From positions 60,651,283 through 60,715,282 of the forward strand of contig NC_068984.1 of the NCBI RefSeq assembly GCF_001194135.2: DNA of 64,000 bases. The letters are read 5' to 3'. Made by a program: the position numbers and the translations under genes. The stretch is from Octopus bimaculoides. Taxonomy: Eukaryota. Below, in pieces: positions 36,933-49,850 of this stretch (its first letter is position 1; each line of letters opens with the position of its first letter). Under the pieces are notes generated by a model, which ran no database searches, had not been told where the DNA came from, and worked only from the letters and a program-made list of their open reading frames with translations.

Positions 36933-37090
36933 TAATAATAATAATAATAATAATGGAGGTGGAGGATGATGATGGAGGTGTTGATGATGATGATAATGAT
37001 GAAGAAGAAGAAGAAGAAGAAGAAGAAGAAGAAGAAAAAGAAGAAGAAGAAGAAGAAGAAGAAGTAGTAGTAGTAGTAGTAGTAGTAATA
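36933..37090. repeat. Compound triplet microsatellite (TAA)/(GAT)/(GAA)/(GTA)
   Basis: Direct reading. It explains the poly-E/S/F ORFs. Confidence 0.95.
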
Positions 37091-37595
37091 GTGCATACGT
37101 TCATTTTGGAATATGGAATAATGGATCTTAAAGTGTATGAAACTATAAATAATAGAATTATTTCACACTCTCACAAAGTCAGCAACTTCTGGCTAGTGAC
37201 TTTTTCTGCCGAGTCTATATGTATGAATTAATAGGGCATGCATGCACACATGTACACACACATGTACACTTCCACTTATAGATAAATAGATATGAATATA
37301 TGTGTGTGTGTGTGTGTAACTGACAAAGTGACCTCACTAGCGATGGTGGCATGAAGAAAGCACACAATATCCTCTTTAAAGTTAATGCTAGGAAGGGCAC
37401 TTAGCTGTAGACACCAAGACAAACTAAGACATTGGAACAAAACATGGAGCACCAGCTCATTGCAACTGTGTGTGTTTTGTGTGTGTGTGTGTGTGTGTGT
37501 GTATACTGAATATGCAATTTAATATATATCATGCAATGTACATGACAAACATCATCTATTAATCTATCTTTCAGTACAAACACACACACACACAC

Positions 37596-37627
<32 letters not shown>

Positions 37628-38117
37628 TTATAAATACATACATGTACATATGTCATATGTATATATAATGATATATATCTATATGTATAATATATATCTT
37701 ACTTATGTTGTATATTTATGATACATATATATATAATATATATATAAATATATATATATATATATGTCTAATAGAAAGAGGACGGATATAATATCCAGGC
37801 AGATACTGAATTTCTCTATGTAAAATACCAAGGCTGGTTCCTTTAGATGGTGCACTTTATGGTAAATTTCCTATAACTCCCCTCTGATGTTACAGTTTTG
37901 TTCCTGGCTACTTAGAGTGTAAAGTACAACATTGATAATAAGGAGAATGAAAAATTTGAACCATCAAATTTTATGTTTATTTGCAGTTGGTTTATTCATA
38001 TGAATTGTCCAACACGTTAGACAATTGATTTGAATAAACCAACTGTAAATAAATATAAAGTTTGAATGTTCAAATCCTTCATCCTCCTTATTATCAATAT
38101 ATGTCTAATATGTATGA

Positions 38118-38152
<35 letters not shown>

Positions 38153-38559
38153 ACACACAAACACACAAACATTCAATTCACTTCTGAACTCATCAGCTAA
38201 GTTTTTGTAAAGGTTATCACAAAGCAACAAGCAAATAACATCATGAAGTATTGACCTTAGCTCTGAAACCTACTTATTTGGTGTCTTTGAGAATACTGAA
38301 CATTTGTCTGTAACAGTGATTCTTAACCCTGGCTGGAGCACCTCCTTGAGTGGTGTTGTGAGCTCACAAGGGGACAGGAAATGTCAAGCAAGTGCGATGG
38401 GGTAAAGGCTGGGTGTTTAGAAAGTGGTAATTTTATTTAGAAATGATGGTGGTAGTAGTCAGTCTTTGTGATTGAACTTAGGAAACTCCATGTAAGAAAT
38501 TCTCTCTTTTCTCTATTGCTAAACAGTTAGGAATTTAGGATCTTTTATCTCTTACTTGG

Positions 38560-38766
38560 TTCAGTCATTACACTGTGGCCATGCTAGGGCATTACCTTGA
38601 AGAATTTTTAGTCAAATGAATCGAGTTTAGTACAGATTTTTTGTTGAGCCTGGTACTTATTCTGTCACTAACTTTTGCTGAACAGCTAAGTTAAAGGGAT
38701 GTATACACAACAACACTTGTTGTGAAGTGATGATGGGGACAAATAGAGACATGAAGACATGCACAC

Positions 38767-38822
<56 letters not shown>

Positions 38823-38965
38823 GATGGGCTTCTTTCAGTTTCCATCTGCCAAATCCACTCATAAGGCTTTAGTCGACCAAAGATAATAGAAGACACTTGC
38901 CCAAGGTGCCATGCAGTGGGACTAGACTTGGAATCATGTGGTTAGGAAGCAAGCTTCTTACCACA
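38560..38965 (-). mobile_element. SINE-A copy
   Basis: All modules present, with internal (TA)n. Confidence 0.85.
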
Positions 38966-39119
38966 CATCTTTGCTCAAACTTGTGCCATGAAAAGGAACT
39001 TTTTTAGGTGCAATTTCATGGTTGTTCATAACTGAAGGGGTTCTTTATGTATGTATGTATGTATGTATGTATGTATGTATGTATGTATGTATGTATGTAT
39101 GTGTATGTATTTTTTGTAT

Positions 39120-39325
39120 CTATGTTTGTCCCTTTTCACCTCTTGGCAACTGTTGGTGCGTTTAGGTCCCCTCAATGTAGCAATTCAGCAAACAAGATCA
39201 ATAGACTAAATACCAGCCTTAAAAAGAATGAGCACTAGGGTCGAATCATTTGACTAAAATTCTCCAAGGCTGTGCCCCAGCATGGCAGCAATCTAATGAC
39301 TGAAATAAGTAAAAGGTAAAAAGAT
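39120..39325 (+). mobile_element. SINE-A 3' half
   Basis: CACTAGGGTCGAATCATTTGACTAAAA...CCCCAGCATGGC...ATGACTGAAATAAGTAAAAG. Confidence 0.7.
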
Positions 39326-39344
39326 ATATTAATATTCTTTTATT

Positions 39345-39745
39345 CTTTGACTGTGGCCATGCTGGAACACAGCCTTAAAGGGCTTTTAGTTGAAAAAAAA
39401 ATCAACCCCAGGACTTATTCTTTGTAAATCTAGTACTTATTCTATTGGTCTTGTTTGCCAAACAGCTAAGTTAGAAGGACGTAAACACACCGACATCAGT
39501 TTTCAAGCGATGGTGGAGGCAAACACAGATACACACACACACACACATACACANNNNNNNNNNNNNNNNNNNNNNNNNNNNNNNNNNNNNNNNNNNNNNN
39601 NNNNNNNATATGACAAACTTCTTTCAGTTTCCATCTACCAAATCCACTCACAAGTCTTTGATCATCCTGAGGCTATAGTAGAAAACACTTGCCCAAGGTG
39701 CCATGCAGTGGGACTGAACCCAAAACCATGTGGTTGGGAAGCATA
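39345..39745 (-). mobile_element. SINE-A copy (contains N gap 39554-39607)
   Basis: All modules present. Confidence 0.85.
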
Positions 39746-40558
39746 TATATATTTAATTGAAAAAATTGGAGTCAACAAGAAGGGCTATGGTTGGACATTT
39801 ATTTTTTAATCACTAGAGTTGTGGACAAGCTTTATACTGTACTCTACAATGTTCTTAACAGAATATACCATAACTATATATATATATATATATATATGAT
39901 GGCTTTCACTCTGTTTTTACCTGCTAAATTTGCTTACAAGGTATTGGTTGGCTTGGGGCTATTGTAGAAAACACAACTGTGCCTGCATTTCTTGTAATAA
40001 AATATTTAAACTATGTACAATATTTACATTTTAAACTCATAAAATAAATAAAAAATTTATTGGAATAAAAATATAAGTCAGACATTATGTTATCAGTGAT
40101 GAGAAATATCACTGATGATGTGCCAAAGTCCAATATAATTTCATTAGATAAGTCCTCATGTTCTTTAATAATCTCCATAAAAATGTAATTGAATGCAAAT
40201 ATCCTAAAATAGGATGCAATAATAAACCATTATGTAAACTTAACTTTTGTTTGATAAAAATAATCTAGTGTTTCTGTTTTGTGTTTTTTGAAAAACAAGG
40301 GGGTGAGGTTGTTTTGTAAAATGCCATCTTATGGAAAGAGGTACTCAGCTATGAAAGGTTGAGAATAAACCACTGGTTTATAGCTAAGTGTCTCTTATAC
40401 AGATAGCTAGTGAGGGATGTGTAGTTTTCTCTAATCATACTGTCACTTCAGATTATCAAGAGAGATAAATATGAAAAGAATGTCCAGAAAATGATTTAGG
40501 CACACTCCTGTTACATGAAAATTTATAACAGTGTAGTGTATACATACATGTATCTAGG

Positions 40559-40600
<42 letters not shown>

Positions 40601-40832
40601 TACATATGGCTGTGTGTATGTGTGTTTGTGTTTGTCTCCCACCACTGCTTCACAAATAGTGTGGGTTTGTCTATACTCCTGTGTTTTGGCAAAAGTGCCT
40701 GATAGAATAAGTACCTGGCTTTAAAAACTGAGCACTAGGGTTGATTTGCTTGCCTAAACCCTTGAAAGCAATGGCCCAGTGTGACTGCATTCCAGTGACT
40801 GAAACAAGTAAAAAATAAAAGGCAATATATAT

Positions 40833-40879
<47 letters not shown>

Positions 40880-40905
40880 TACATATACCTACATACATAC
40901 ATATA

Positions 40906-41307
40906 AATAAAGTATTATAAAGAGAGGGGAAAAATAGATGTGTAGATGTTACTTTACTCCAAGTTGATCCCTATATCCTATAAAAATTCTATAAGTCGTT
41001 TCCAAGCAAAAGAAAATGAAATAAATCCTTTTGAAATCACAAATTAGGCTTTTCCTTAGGAATTCATTATTGTAATAAATGGGCTGTTGTAAAGGTCTTT
41101 ATATTTTTGTTGGTAGAACCCATTCACTCCAATAATGAATTCCTTAAGAAAAGCCTAATTTGTGATTTCAAAAGGTTTTATTTCATTTTGTTTTGAATTA
41201 AATAGGCTTGGAAACAACTTCTAGAAATTTTATTGGATATATGTACCAACTTGGAATAAAGTAGCATCTATACTTCTATTTTTTGCCTTCCCATATTATA
41301 CTTTATT
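40906..41307. repeat. Large fold-back element, ~170-bp arms
   Basis: 40906-41072 is the reverse complement of 41130-41307. The inner ~65 bp is nearly perfect and the outer part is more diverged. Confidence 0.9.
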
Positions 41308-42355
41308 CATTTTTGTACCAATATTGAATATATAGATTTTTATATATTCTTTGCTTTGAAATGAACTGGTGGACTTGGATGTTTAACATTCCTTTGAAGG
41401 ATTTAGGTCCTTCTTATATATATATATTTATATATATATATATGTGTGTGTGTGTGCGTGTGTGTGTGTATCTTGTTATATGTCTTTCATATTTACACAT
41501 ATGCATACATATACCAGTACAATACACACACGTTGTACTGCACACACATGAACACATACATGCACACAAACATATGCATGTAAGCACACCCATCCCCACA
41601 TTCTTTTACTTCTGAACCTATTAAGTGATTTTTTTTGTAAAAGGTTACCACAAACGAAGCATACTTGATCTAGTCAAACATATCCAGCCATCATTTGTAG
41701 CTTGGTAACATGTGCCATGCATTTGCTTACTGTTTTAAGTGCTCATGTAGTCCCAGATAGATGTAGACACCATCTCAACCCCCACCCTCACCCTTGATAC
41801 AGTGTCACATCTAGGATGCAACAACTGGAGGGAGAAAGGAGAAAGAGCTGCACCAGGACTCAGCTGGTACTTTTTTGCAACTAAATAGACTGAGGCTGTG
41901 TAAAATGAAAGGCCTTGGTCAAGGACATGATATGCCACCCTGTCCAGGAATTGGTTTTGTGATCTAATGATCTTGAGACGAACACCTTAACCAGTAAGCT
42001 AGAATTTTCAATGAATTAACATTTCTTGCTTTGCTATGTCAAATTTACTAGCATCCACTTAACTATTTCAAATGAAATGGCAGAGATCATGAAATTTGTC
42101 GGTTGTTGTAATAGCAGATTATTTGCACGATGTGGAAAGTATCTTTGAAATCAGCTTACAAACATTTGATAATTCTTGAAGAATAAGAAATGAGACACCT
42201 GAAACATCTTAAACTCACTCCAATATAACTACTTGTACATTACAAAGCTTAAATCATCAGATTCTAAATCAGTGAGCGTCACAGTTAAGTGCATGTCACG
42301 CATACAGTCACACACACACATGCACACACATACACACACATAAGGACATACATAT

Positions 42356-42400
<45 letters not shown>

Positions 42401-42709
42401 GAGTTAAACAAATACAAACACATGCATGTATATGTGTATATGTTTGTGTATATATGCAGGCATGGCTGAATGGCTAAGAAGTTAGCTTTGCAATCATGAA
42501 GTCTCAGGTTCAATCCCATTAAATGGCATCTATGTTTTACTTTTGCTTTAAGATTACCCCAGTAAAATTGGATAAATGGAAACTTGTAGCTTGTTAGATG
42601 GATTGTACCTGTGTTTCCATTCTGCCTATCACTCTTGATAACATTCTTCACTTGATTGTAATTCTCATCAGTATGAATCCATCTTACACTATACATACAT
42701 ACATGTATG

Positions 42710-43000
42710 CATGTATGGTCTCTTGTGGAAACAAGTTGCCTTCTGGACATGAATGTGGTTAGAGAAACACAAGAGAAAGAGGACATCTATAAATCATTGA
42801 TAAGGAGTTTGCAAATCCAGTACCCAAAGTACACTTTCAGCTTCGTACCTGTTATTATTGGAGCAACAGGATATATACTAAGCCTCAACCAGAAATTTTA
42901 CTCGAACCCTTGCAAATACTGAAACCACATGTTGAAACTTTTAAGTAATTGGCACATACTGTGATTTATAAAGATGAAGGGATGTAGTCAAATCTTCAGT
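42710..43000 (+). mobile_element. Remnant of an RLE-type (R4/Dong/NeSL-like) non-LTR retrotransposon C-terminus
   Basis: ORF 42707-42922 LVETSCLLDMNVVRETQEKEDIYKSLIRSLQIQYPKYTFSFVPVIIGATG resembles the IDV.CP.D.N......EK..KY..L..........P..IGA.G restriction-like endonuclease motif. Confidence 0.7.
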
Positions 43001-43169
43001 TCCTAGCAATGTAACTTTAGAGGATGGGGAAAGGAAAGGCTAGAGATAGGCCAGATTGGGCTTACAATGTGTTTGTGAAGGTACTAGAGTTCACTTTGTT
43101 GCAAATATTCAGATCAGGTCTGTCTCTAGTAAATACTCACTATTCTCAGTGTGCTGCTTCTTGCTATAA

Positions 43170-43205
<36 letters not shown>

Positions 43206-43929
43206 AAATGGGTTTGTAGCAAGGCACAAAGAAGCCAGCATCATTTTGAAACAACGAGATCTCACCTGCAAACAATATTTAAGGTAAAGGCAACAATATT
43301 TTCCCTCTCATTCTTCTCATGCTGGCACCAAGCAAGACTTCAAAGCCAGGAGCTCACAGCGGACTTTTGTCCTGCTGTGATACCACATGCATTGTCTCCA
43401 GAGGTTATTGAACCTCACATGTATGGGAAAGAAGGCTAACTATGCACTGCTGTGAAGATGGTTACTGGAAGCAAACCCCTTGTATGAACACCTGTGAATA
43501 AATGGTTATTGAATTTACTCCACCTGAGAACTTCATTCTTCGTGTTTCCAGCTCCTTGAATCAACAGAATAATTATAATGGAAGAAGAAGATACCCCAAA
43601 AGTATCATAAAAACCTTCCTTCCATTATAGGTCCAATTGGGTTATCTGCCTTTATGTCAAGGACAACTTGCTTCTGAAATTACAAAAATATGTAGCAGAA
43701 AAATTATTAGGGTTAGTATAAATAGACTAAAATTTTTTAGTGCGACACTCCAGCTTTGCCACAGTTCAGGGACTGAAATCATAAATAACACAAGAATAGA
43801 AGATTTAATAAAATATTATAAAGCAGAAGAAAAAAATTATCTCGGTACATTCTACTCTCATGTCTGCTTACACATTCACACAAATCCTCTTGTATAGACT
43901 ATGAAGGGAAGTCCATTGGTGGACTTCAC

Positions 43930-44050
43930 ATCATCATTATCATTTAATGCTGGTATGGGCTGGATGGTTTGACAGGAATTGGCGAGTCGAGAGGACTGTG
44001 CCAAGCTTTGTTGTCAGCTTTGGCATGGTTTCTGTGACTGGATGCCTTTC
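43930..44050 (-). mobile_element. RTE-tail fragment
   Basis: (CAT)n-TTAATGCTGGTATGGGCTGGATGGTTTGACAGG...GGATGCC. Confidence 0.65.
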
Positions 44051-46173
44051 TTCTCACAATGGTCATATTTTGAAGAAGTAAGGAAAATAGCATTAACTAA
44101 TAAGAAATATGGGAGGTGAGGCAGACTAATTGCAAAGGTAGGGTAGTTCACTCATGACATAAATTCTGTGTAATAAAGAAAGAGAATAACAATTACTTAT
44201 TTCACTGTTTTAAAATCTTTTATGATTATCATACATATTTAGAAGAAATTTTTTTTGATATCAAACTGTAGATCGGATGGTAACTGTACAATGCTCTCAT
44301 GATGAACTTCAAACAGGGATCAGAAAAAAAACATGTTACACAAATGTGGCCAGAGGCTACTCTCTCTCCCTGAATTTGCTTCATGCTACTGATCACTTTG
44401 GATGCCTGATAAAGAAAAAGGAAGATCAAACCATCCACTTCTTAATGTGATGTCGCTTACTCCCTCACTTCCAATTCTGACATCTCCCTTCCAAACAAAC
44501 ATATACTCCTTCACACAAACATATACCACTTAACATTTAGAAAAAACTTGTGTCGATATCAAACATGGGTCAAATACTGGTGTCAATTCCTATAATGAAT
44601 CCTAAATGTGAATGGAATTATAATAGAAGAGATTCTAAACAATGCTTTTAAAATAAACTTTTAATAACACTTCATAGAAACTTTTATCTAAATCAAATCA
44701 AAACCATTCTAAATAACACTTTAAATACACACACACATATGTATTACTACTGAAGATTTAGTCTCTGTTGTATGTCTCAGGTAATTCTTACATTTTATTC
44801 TACTTATGTGATTTGATGTTTTGTGATGTTATCAATTATAAAATATTTCTAGAATGACATATATGACTATATTTTCTAGGTTCTTTTTGTTTGGCCTTGG
44901 TTAAAAGACACCTATCCAAAGATGTTTTGTTTAATGGTTTTTATTTGTAACTAAAATAAAGTGTCATTTATTTTGTTACTGTATTTTCCCATTTGATTTT
45001 TCTGTGTGTAAAAGAATTCTTAAAACCCCAGTATTATCAGATATTCTTAGAATAATTCCCAACAATACATGACTGAATACATTTCCTGCAGACTTTGATT
45101 TCATACAATGGAAATACTGAAGTTGTGTAATATTTATTTTCCCAAATCTCATTCCACTAAGTATCTGAGATAAGCACTGTGAGCTAGCTAATAAAACATT
45201 CATCACTTATACAGTGCTCTCTTGGTTTTATTTATTAGTATATTTTTGTTACTGCTGTAGTAGTTGAGTCCTGATTGATCAGACTTATGACCAAAGACAT
45301 TCCAGATGTGACCATCCTGTTTTTTATTTTCCTTTTTGATAAACACAGAATGCACAGAATCCAAGGATACATTGTCTAATGTTTTCTTTTTCAAGATGGT
45401 GGTGTGAGATTTGAGGGAAACATGACTGCTGTTTCTAGTTGATTAGATGACCATATAAAGACTCCTACCTCATCATGGTACATATATATTATTAGTCAAT
45501 GAGGTGGCATCTACATGTTCACTTGACTTGCTAGAAATAACAGGCAATTCTCACTTCAAATTGCATCCTACTGTTTTGAAAACTGATTGGGTACAGATGC
45601 AATGCATACAGATTAAGATGGTCACATATGGAACCCATTTGATTAAACGTACTCAACCAGGCCTGACTTGGGGGTAAATTACAACAGCAACAGCCGCAAC
45701 ATGTATAATGAAACAACTTTATGATGCAGTGGTTCATTTTATAAAGAGCAACAAAGCCTGTCGAAAAATAAGATATTCACAATTTTAAGAAGGTATTATC
45801 ATATGGCTGCATTTTAAAATATTTTTTCCATCCTGCCATTTGTCTTCTTTCAATGAAGGGGCCATATTCATGCATATTTATGTGACTAAGATGCTGCTTC
45901 TCTCAATATATCATTTCATCTGACATTGGTGATGTATCACCCTTAAGCACATCCTGAAAACTCCATTTCCTGCCATGAGAATGCTGGAGACAGGAAGTGG
46001 GGAAGTGAATATTGAACTTAGAATATAATAAACTGGAAAAGATACTGCAAATCATCTCATGCAACACTCTAACAACAATTTTGCTGATCCAACGCTCTGT
46101 ATAAATACATTGTTTATCAGTCCCTCACCAACTCACACCAGAGAACGAAGGGCAAAGTTGATCTCAGTGAAAT

Positions 46174-46406
46174 ATAACCCTTTTTGTTATTATATTTCTA
46201 TTCCAATTAACTGCTTCTGTTTCAATTAATTTTGTTGTAAAAATAACGAGGAATTTAGTAAAATAAATGTCATTAAGCTGGTGTTGGAAACATTAAATTA
46301 GCATGAAGTTTTGATGGAAGGTTTTAATTTAGCTCACTTTAAAAACAGATGGTCTCTGTCATAAAACTGGGAGTGGTCTCAAGCAGGTTGGTATCAAGAG
46401 GGTTAA
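46174..46406. mobile_element. piggyBac-like MITE
   Basis: (A)TAACCCTTTTTGTTA at the left end and GGTATCAAGAGGGTTAA at the right end form imperfect TIRs. TTAA is intact on the right only. Confidence 0.55.
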
Positions 46407-47982
46407 TCTCAGAGCATATAGAAATGGAGAAAACATTGCAAGGCTTTAACAGCTATGCCAACTCACCAATTTTGCATTACAAAACAGAAATAAATTCTGG
46501 ATACATTCAGACATTGTACAGTTGTTGTTACTGCTTTTATTAATGTTGTTGTTGCTGATGTTGTTGTTGTTGTTGCTGCTGATGTTCTTGCTGTTGTTGT
46601 TGCTGTTTGCAACCCTTCCTTTTTGTTTCATTGGTTTTGCTAATGGAACTGTCAAAGAAGATATCGTTGTTCTGCACTTGTCAAAGAAGAAATCATTATG
46701 TCTGAAAGGCATTGCTATGTCGTTAAGAAGTTTTACTTCATAATCACATGGCTCTGGGTTTGATCCCACTGCATAACACATTGGTCAAGTGTTTTCTGCC
46801 TCAGAAGGCTCAGGGTCTGCAAGCTTTTTTTTTTTGAGTGAAGACGTTGAGGAGATGTAAACTGTACATAACTGGTACTTATCTTATTAACTCCCAGAGG
46901 GAGGGAAGACAAAGTCTTGAAAGTATTTGGACTATCATAGTATTAATGCTGATGATGATAATGATGATGGTGATGATTACACCACTGACGCCAACAACAT
47001 AATCATCATCATCATCATCGTCATTGTCATTGCTGATGATATTGGTTTTTATTTTTTTTTGTCTATTCTAGCACTTATTTCAATTTGTTCAAAGTGCACT
47101 TTCCTTTTATTTATATAACCATGATGTTTCACCAATTTTCACATTGTTCTGTGTGATATTGACATTAGAGGTCAACTGCTTTTATCCGAGATCCTCTACA
47201 TGGTAGCTAGACATGGTAGAAAGGAAAGCCAAATCTCTCTTAAATCACTCCCTACTGTCCTATGTATGTATGAACCAAGAAGGGAGTTCTCAACATGGGA
47301 GCTAGACATGTTCAAAATAGTAGCCAAATCTCCCTCTAATTCCATCTTTAAATAAGTAAAGGATAGTCAAAATAATTCAGTTCTAGATACATCAGAAAAA
47401 TACGATATAGTCAAAGCAGGAAGACATCTAGTGATAAGCCTGATCAATAGGAACTGCCCAAGCTGAGGTTAAACAACATCATCAACAATAAACTAGAGGC
47501 ATGGAAATCACAAATATCCACAAATACACAAACAACTGCACATATATACACTGTTGCGACAAAACTAATACACAAGAACATAACAATGAAAATAGTGACA
47601 AGAACAAACTATGCAAACACAACCAAACCCCACCCCAGAAAAATATATGCACATACAGAATCACATGCACACACACTCACACATGTACACACACACATCG
47701 AAATACAATATAAAGTAGCTCTACAAATAAATGAAAATATATAATTAAATATAAAATAAGAACTAAGCAAAACACAAAGACACAAATACACACATACACA
47801 CATAAGCACACACACATAAAAATATTTAAACAAAGAAATATGAGTGGAAAAACAAACAGCTACAACACCAAGAAGAATATAAAGATGATTAAGTAAAACA
47901 AAAAAAAACATAGAGAAAATATAGGCATAATTCTGCCAACTCACCAATTTTATTGCTCATTATAATAATAATAATAATAATC

Positions 47983-48990
47983 TTTTCTATTATAGGCACA
48001 AGGCCTGAAATTTGCAGGGAGGGAGCTTTTCAATTATATCGATCCCAGTGTTTCACTGGTATTTAATTTATTGACTCCAAAAGGATGAAAGGTGAAGTTG
48101 ACCTCAGTGGAATTTGAACTCAGGATGTAAGGATGGACGAAATACTACCAAGCATTTTGCCTGGCATGCTAATGATTCTGCCAGCCTGCTGCTTTTAATA
48201 CTACTAATAATAATAGCGCTCTCTATTATAGGCACAACACCTGAAACCCTGAGGGCGAGTCCTAGTCAATTACGTTGGCCCCAGTGCTCAACTGGTACTT
48301 ATTTTATTGACATCAAAAGAATGAAAGGCAAAATTGACTTCAGTAGAATTTGAACTCAGAAAGTAAAGCCAGATGAAATGCTGTGAAACCTAGCAAATTT
48401 GAATGGAGGGTCTTAGTCAATACTATCAACTCTATTACTTGACTGCGAATTTATTTCATCGAACCTGAAAGCATGAAAAGCAAAGCCGACTTCAGCAGTA
48501 TTTAAACTCAGAAAATAAAGAACCACAATGCATTTCTCTGATACTATAATGATTCTGCTAATTCACTGTCTTTCTAATAATGGTTTCTAATTTAGGCACT
48601 AGGCCAGCAGATTTTAGGGGTGTGATTAATCGTTAGTCAATTTCATCAACTCCAGTACTTCATTGGTATTTTATTTTATCAACCATGGAAGGATGAAAAG
48701 CATAGCTGACCTTGGTGGAGTTTGAACTCAGAATGTAAAGAACTGCAAGAAATATTGCAAAACATTTTAAACAATGTTTTAATGCTCCTTCCTACTCACT
48801 GCCTCATATACTAATTGTTTCTAAAATAGGGTTGAGGCCAGCAATTTCAAGTGGAAGGGGTTATATGTTACTTTTGACTCCTGTTCTTGACTGCTTATAT
48901 TTCTTATTGACTCTATGGGGATGAAGGCAAAAGTTAACTTTAGTGGGATTTGAACTTAAAACATAGAGTCAGAACTAAATACTGTCAAAC
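47983..48990 (-). mobile_element. Five head-to-tail SINE-C copies
   Basis: Units start near 47983, 48218, 48390, 48582 and 48818. Each has AGGC...AATTT, (A/G)ATGAA(A)GGCAAA-like and TTTGAACTCAG-like motifs. Confidence 0.85.
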
Positions 48991-49060
48991 AGTGGTCACT
49001 AGCCATTTTTGTACCTAGTGCTAGTTTCATGCAAGATAATTTTTCCATGGACTGGGGAAC
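48980..49060 (+). mobile_element. hAT-Charlie-like terminal fragment
   Basis: CAGTGGTCACTAGCCATTTTTGTACC...GCTAGTTTCATGCAAGATAATTTTTCCATGGAC resembles the MER1/Charlie3-type end as recalled. Not database-checked. Confidence 0.4.
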
Positions 49061-49125
49061 ACATGCACAAAAAAACAACAACAAAATACATAATATATAA
49101 TTTAATTATTGCATATATGATAATG

Positions 49126-49400
49126 TGGAGGCACATGGCCTAGTGGTTAAAGCAGTGGACACACACTCGAGGGATCGAAGGTCAAGTGAAACACCTAAGC
49201 TCCACACAGCTCCAGCAGAAGATAATGGTGAACTTCTGCTGACTCTTTTGCCACAACTTTCTCTCACTCTTTCCTCCTGCATCTAGCATCTCACCTGTGA
49301 TGGACTGGTGTCCTCTCCAGGTAGGGAACCTATACACCAATGAAACTGGGAAACCGGCCCTTATGAGCCAAGCATGGCTCAAGAAGAAATAAACAACAAC
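49126..49400 (+). mobile_element. SINE-B-related element (shared head and 5' body, different 3' end)
   Basis: GGAGGCACATGGCCTAGTGGTTAAAGCAGTGGAC...CCACAACTTTCTCTCACTCTT. Confidence 0.7.
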
Positions 49401-49464
49401 ATATATAATAATACATAATGCAAAAATACCCTGAAGACTGTGATAGTCAATAAAATAGAAATAA

Positions 49465-49850
49465 ATTTTAATGTCACTAATGTATTTTTGTTAACAAGGT
49501 CACTTACTGATCATGACACCAATGCCTGTCCTGGCACTGATTTTCCATATATCCCTGGTGAGGAGATTAGTCGCTGCTATCTCTAATGGTTGAATATCTA
49601 TCATAACAAGACCACAGAAGGTTGAAATCACATGATCTGGTGGTCTTGGCACTGAAGATGGCACAGATTTATTTCCCCACTAGCAATATAAACAAAAGGG
49701 CATTTTGCACCAAAAGCCAATATGAGAGTTTCTCTCATGGTATCTATTACAGTATAGTTTGTTCTAACAGAACATCCACATTTAAGTGGGGATAAACATT
49801 ACTGCTTAGTATGAATACTGTCTCTGTCACTAATGATTTTATACAACTAT
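49465..49850 (-). repeat. Reverse-complement copy of the 5075-5780 modular repeat
   Basis: TTGCACCAAAAGCCAATATGAGAGTTTCTCTCATGGTATC and TTTGTTCTAACAG are reverse complements of 5120-5175 and 5650-5715. Confidence 0.8.

Noticed and set aside
46455-46495. Minus donor TTG|GTGAGT
   Set aside because: GGTGAGTTGGCA is the SINE-C head motif (same at ~47935), so it is repeat-derived.
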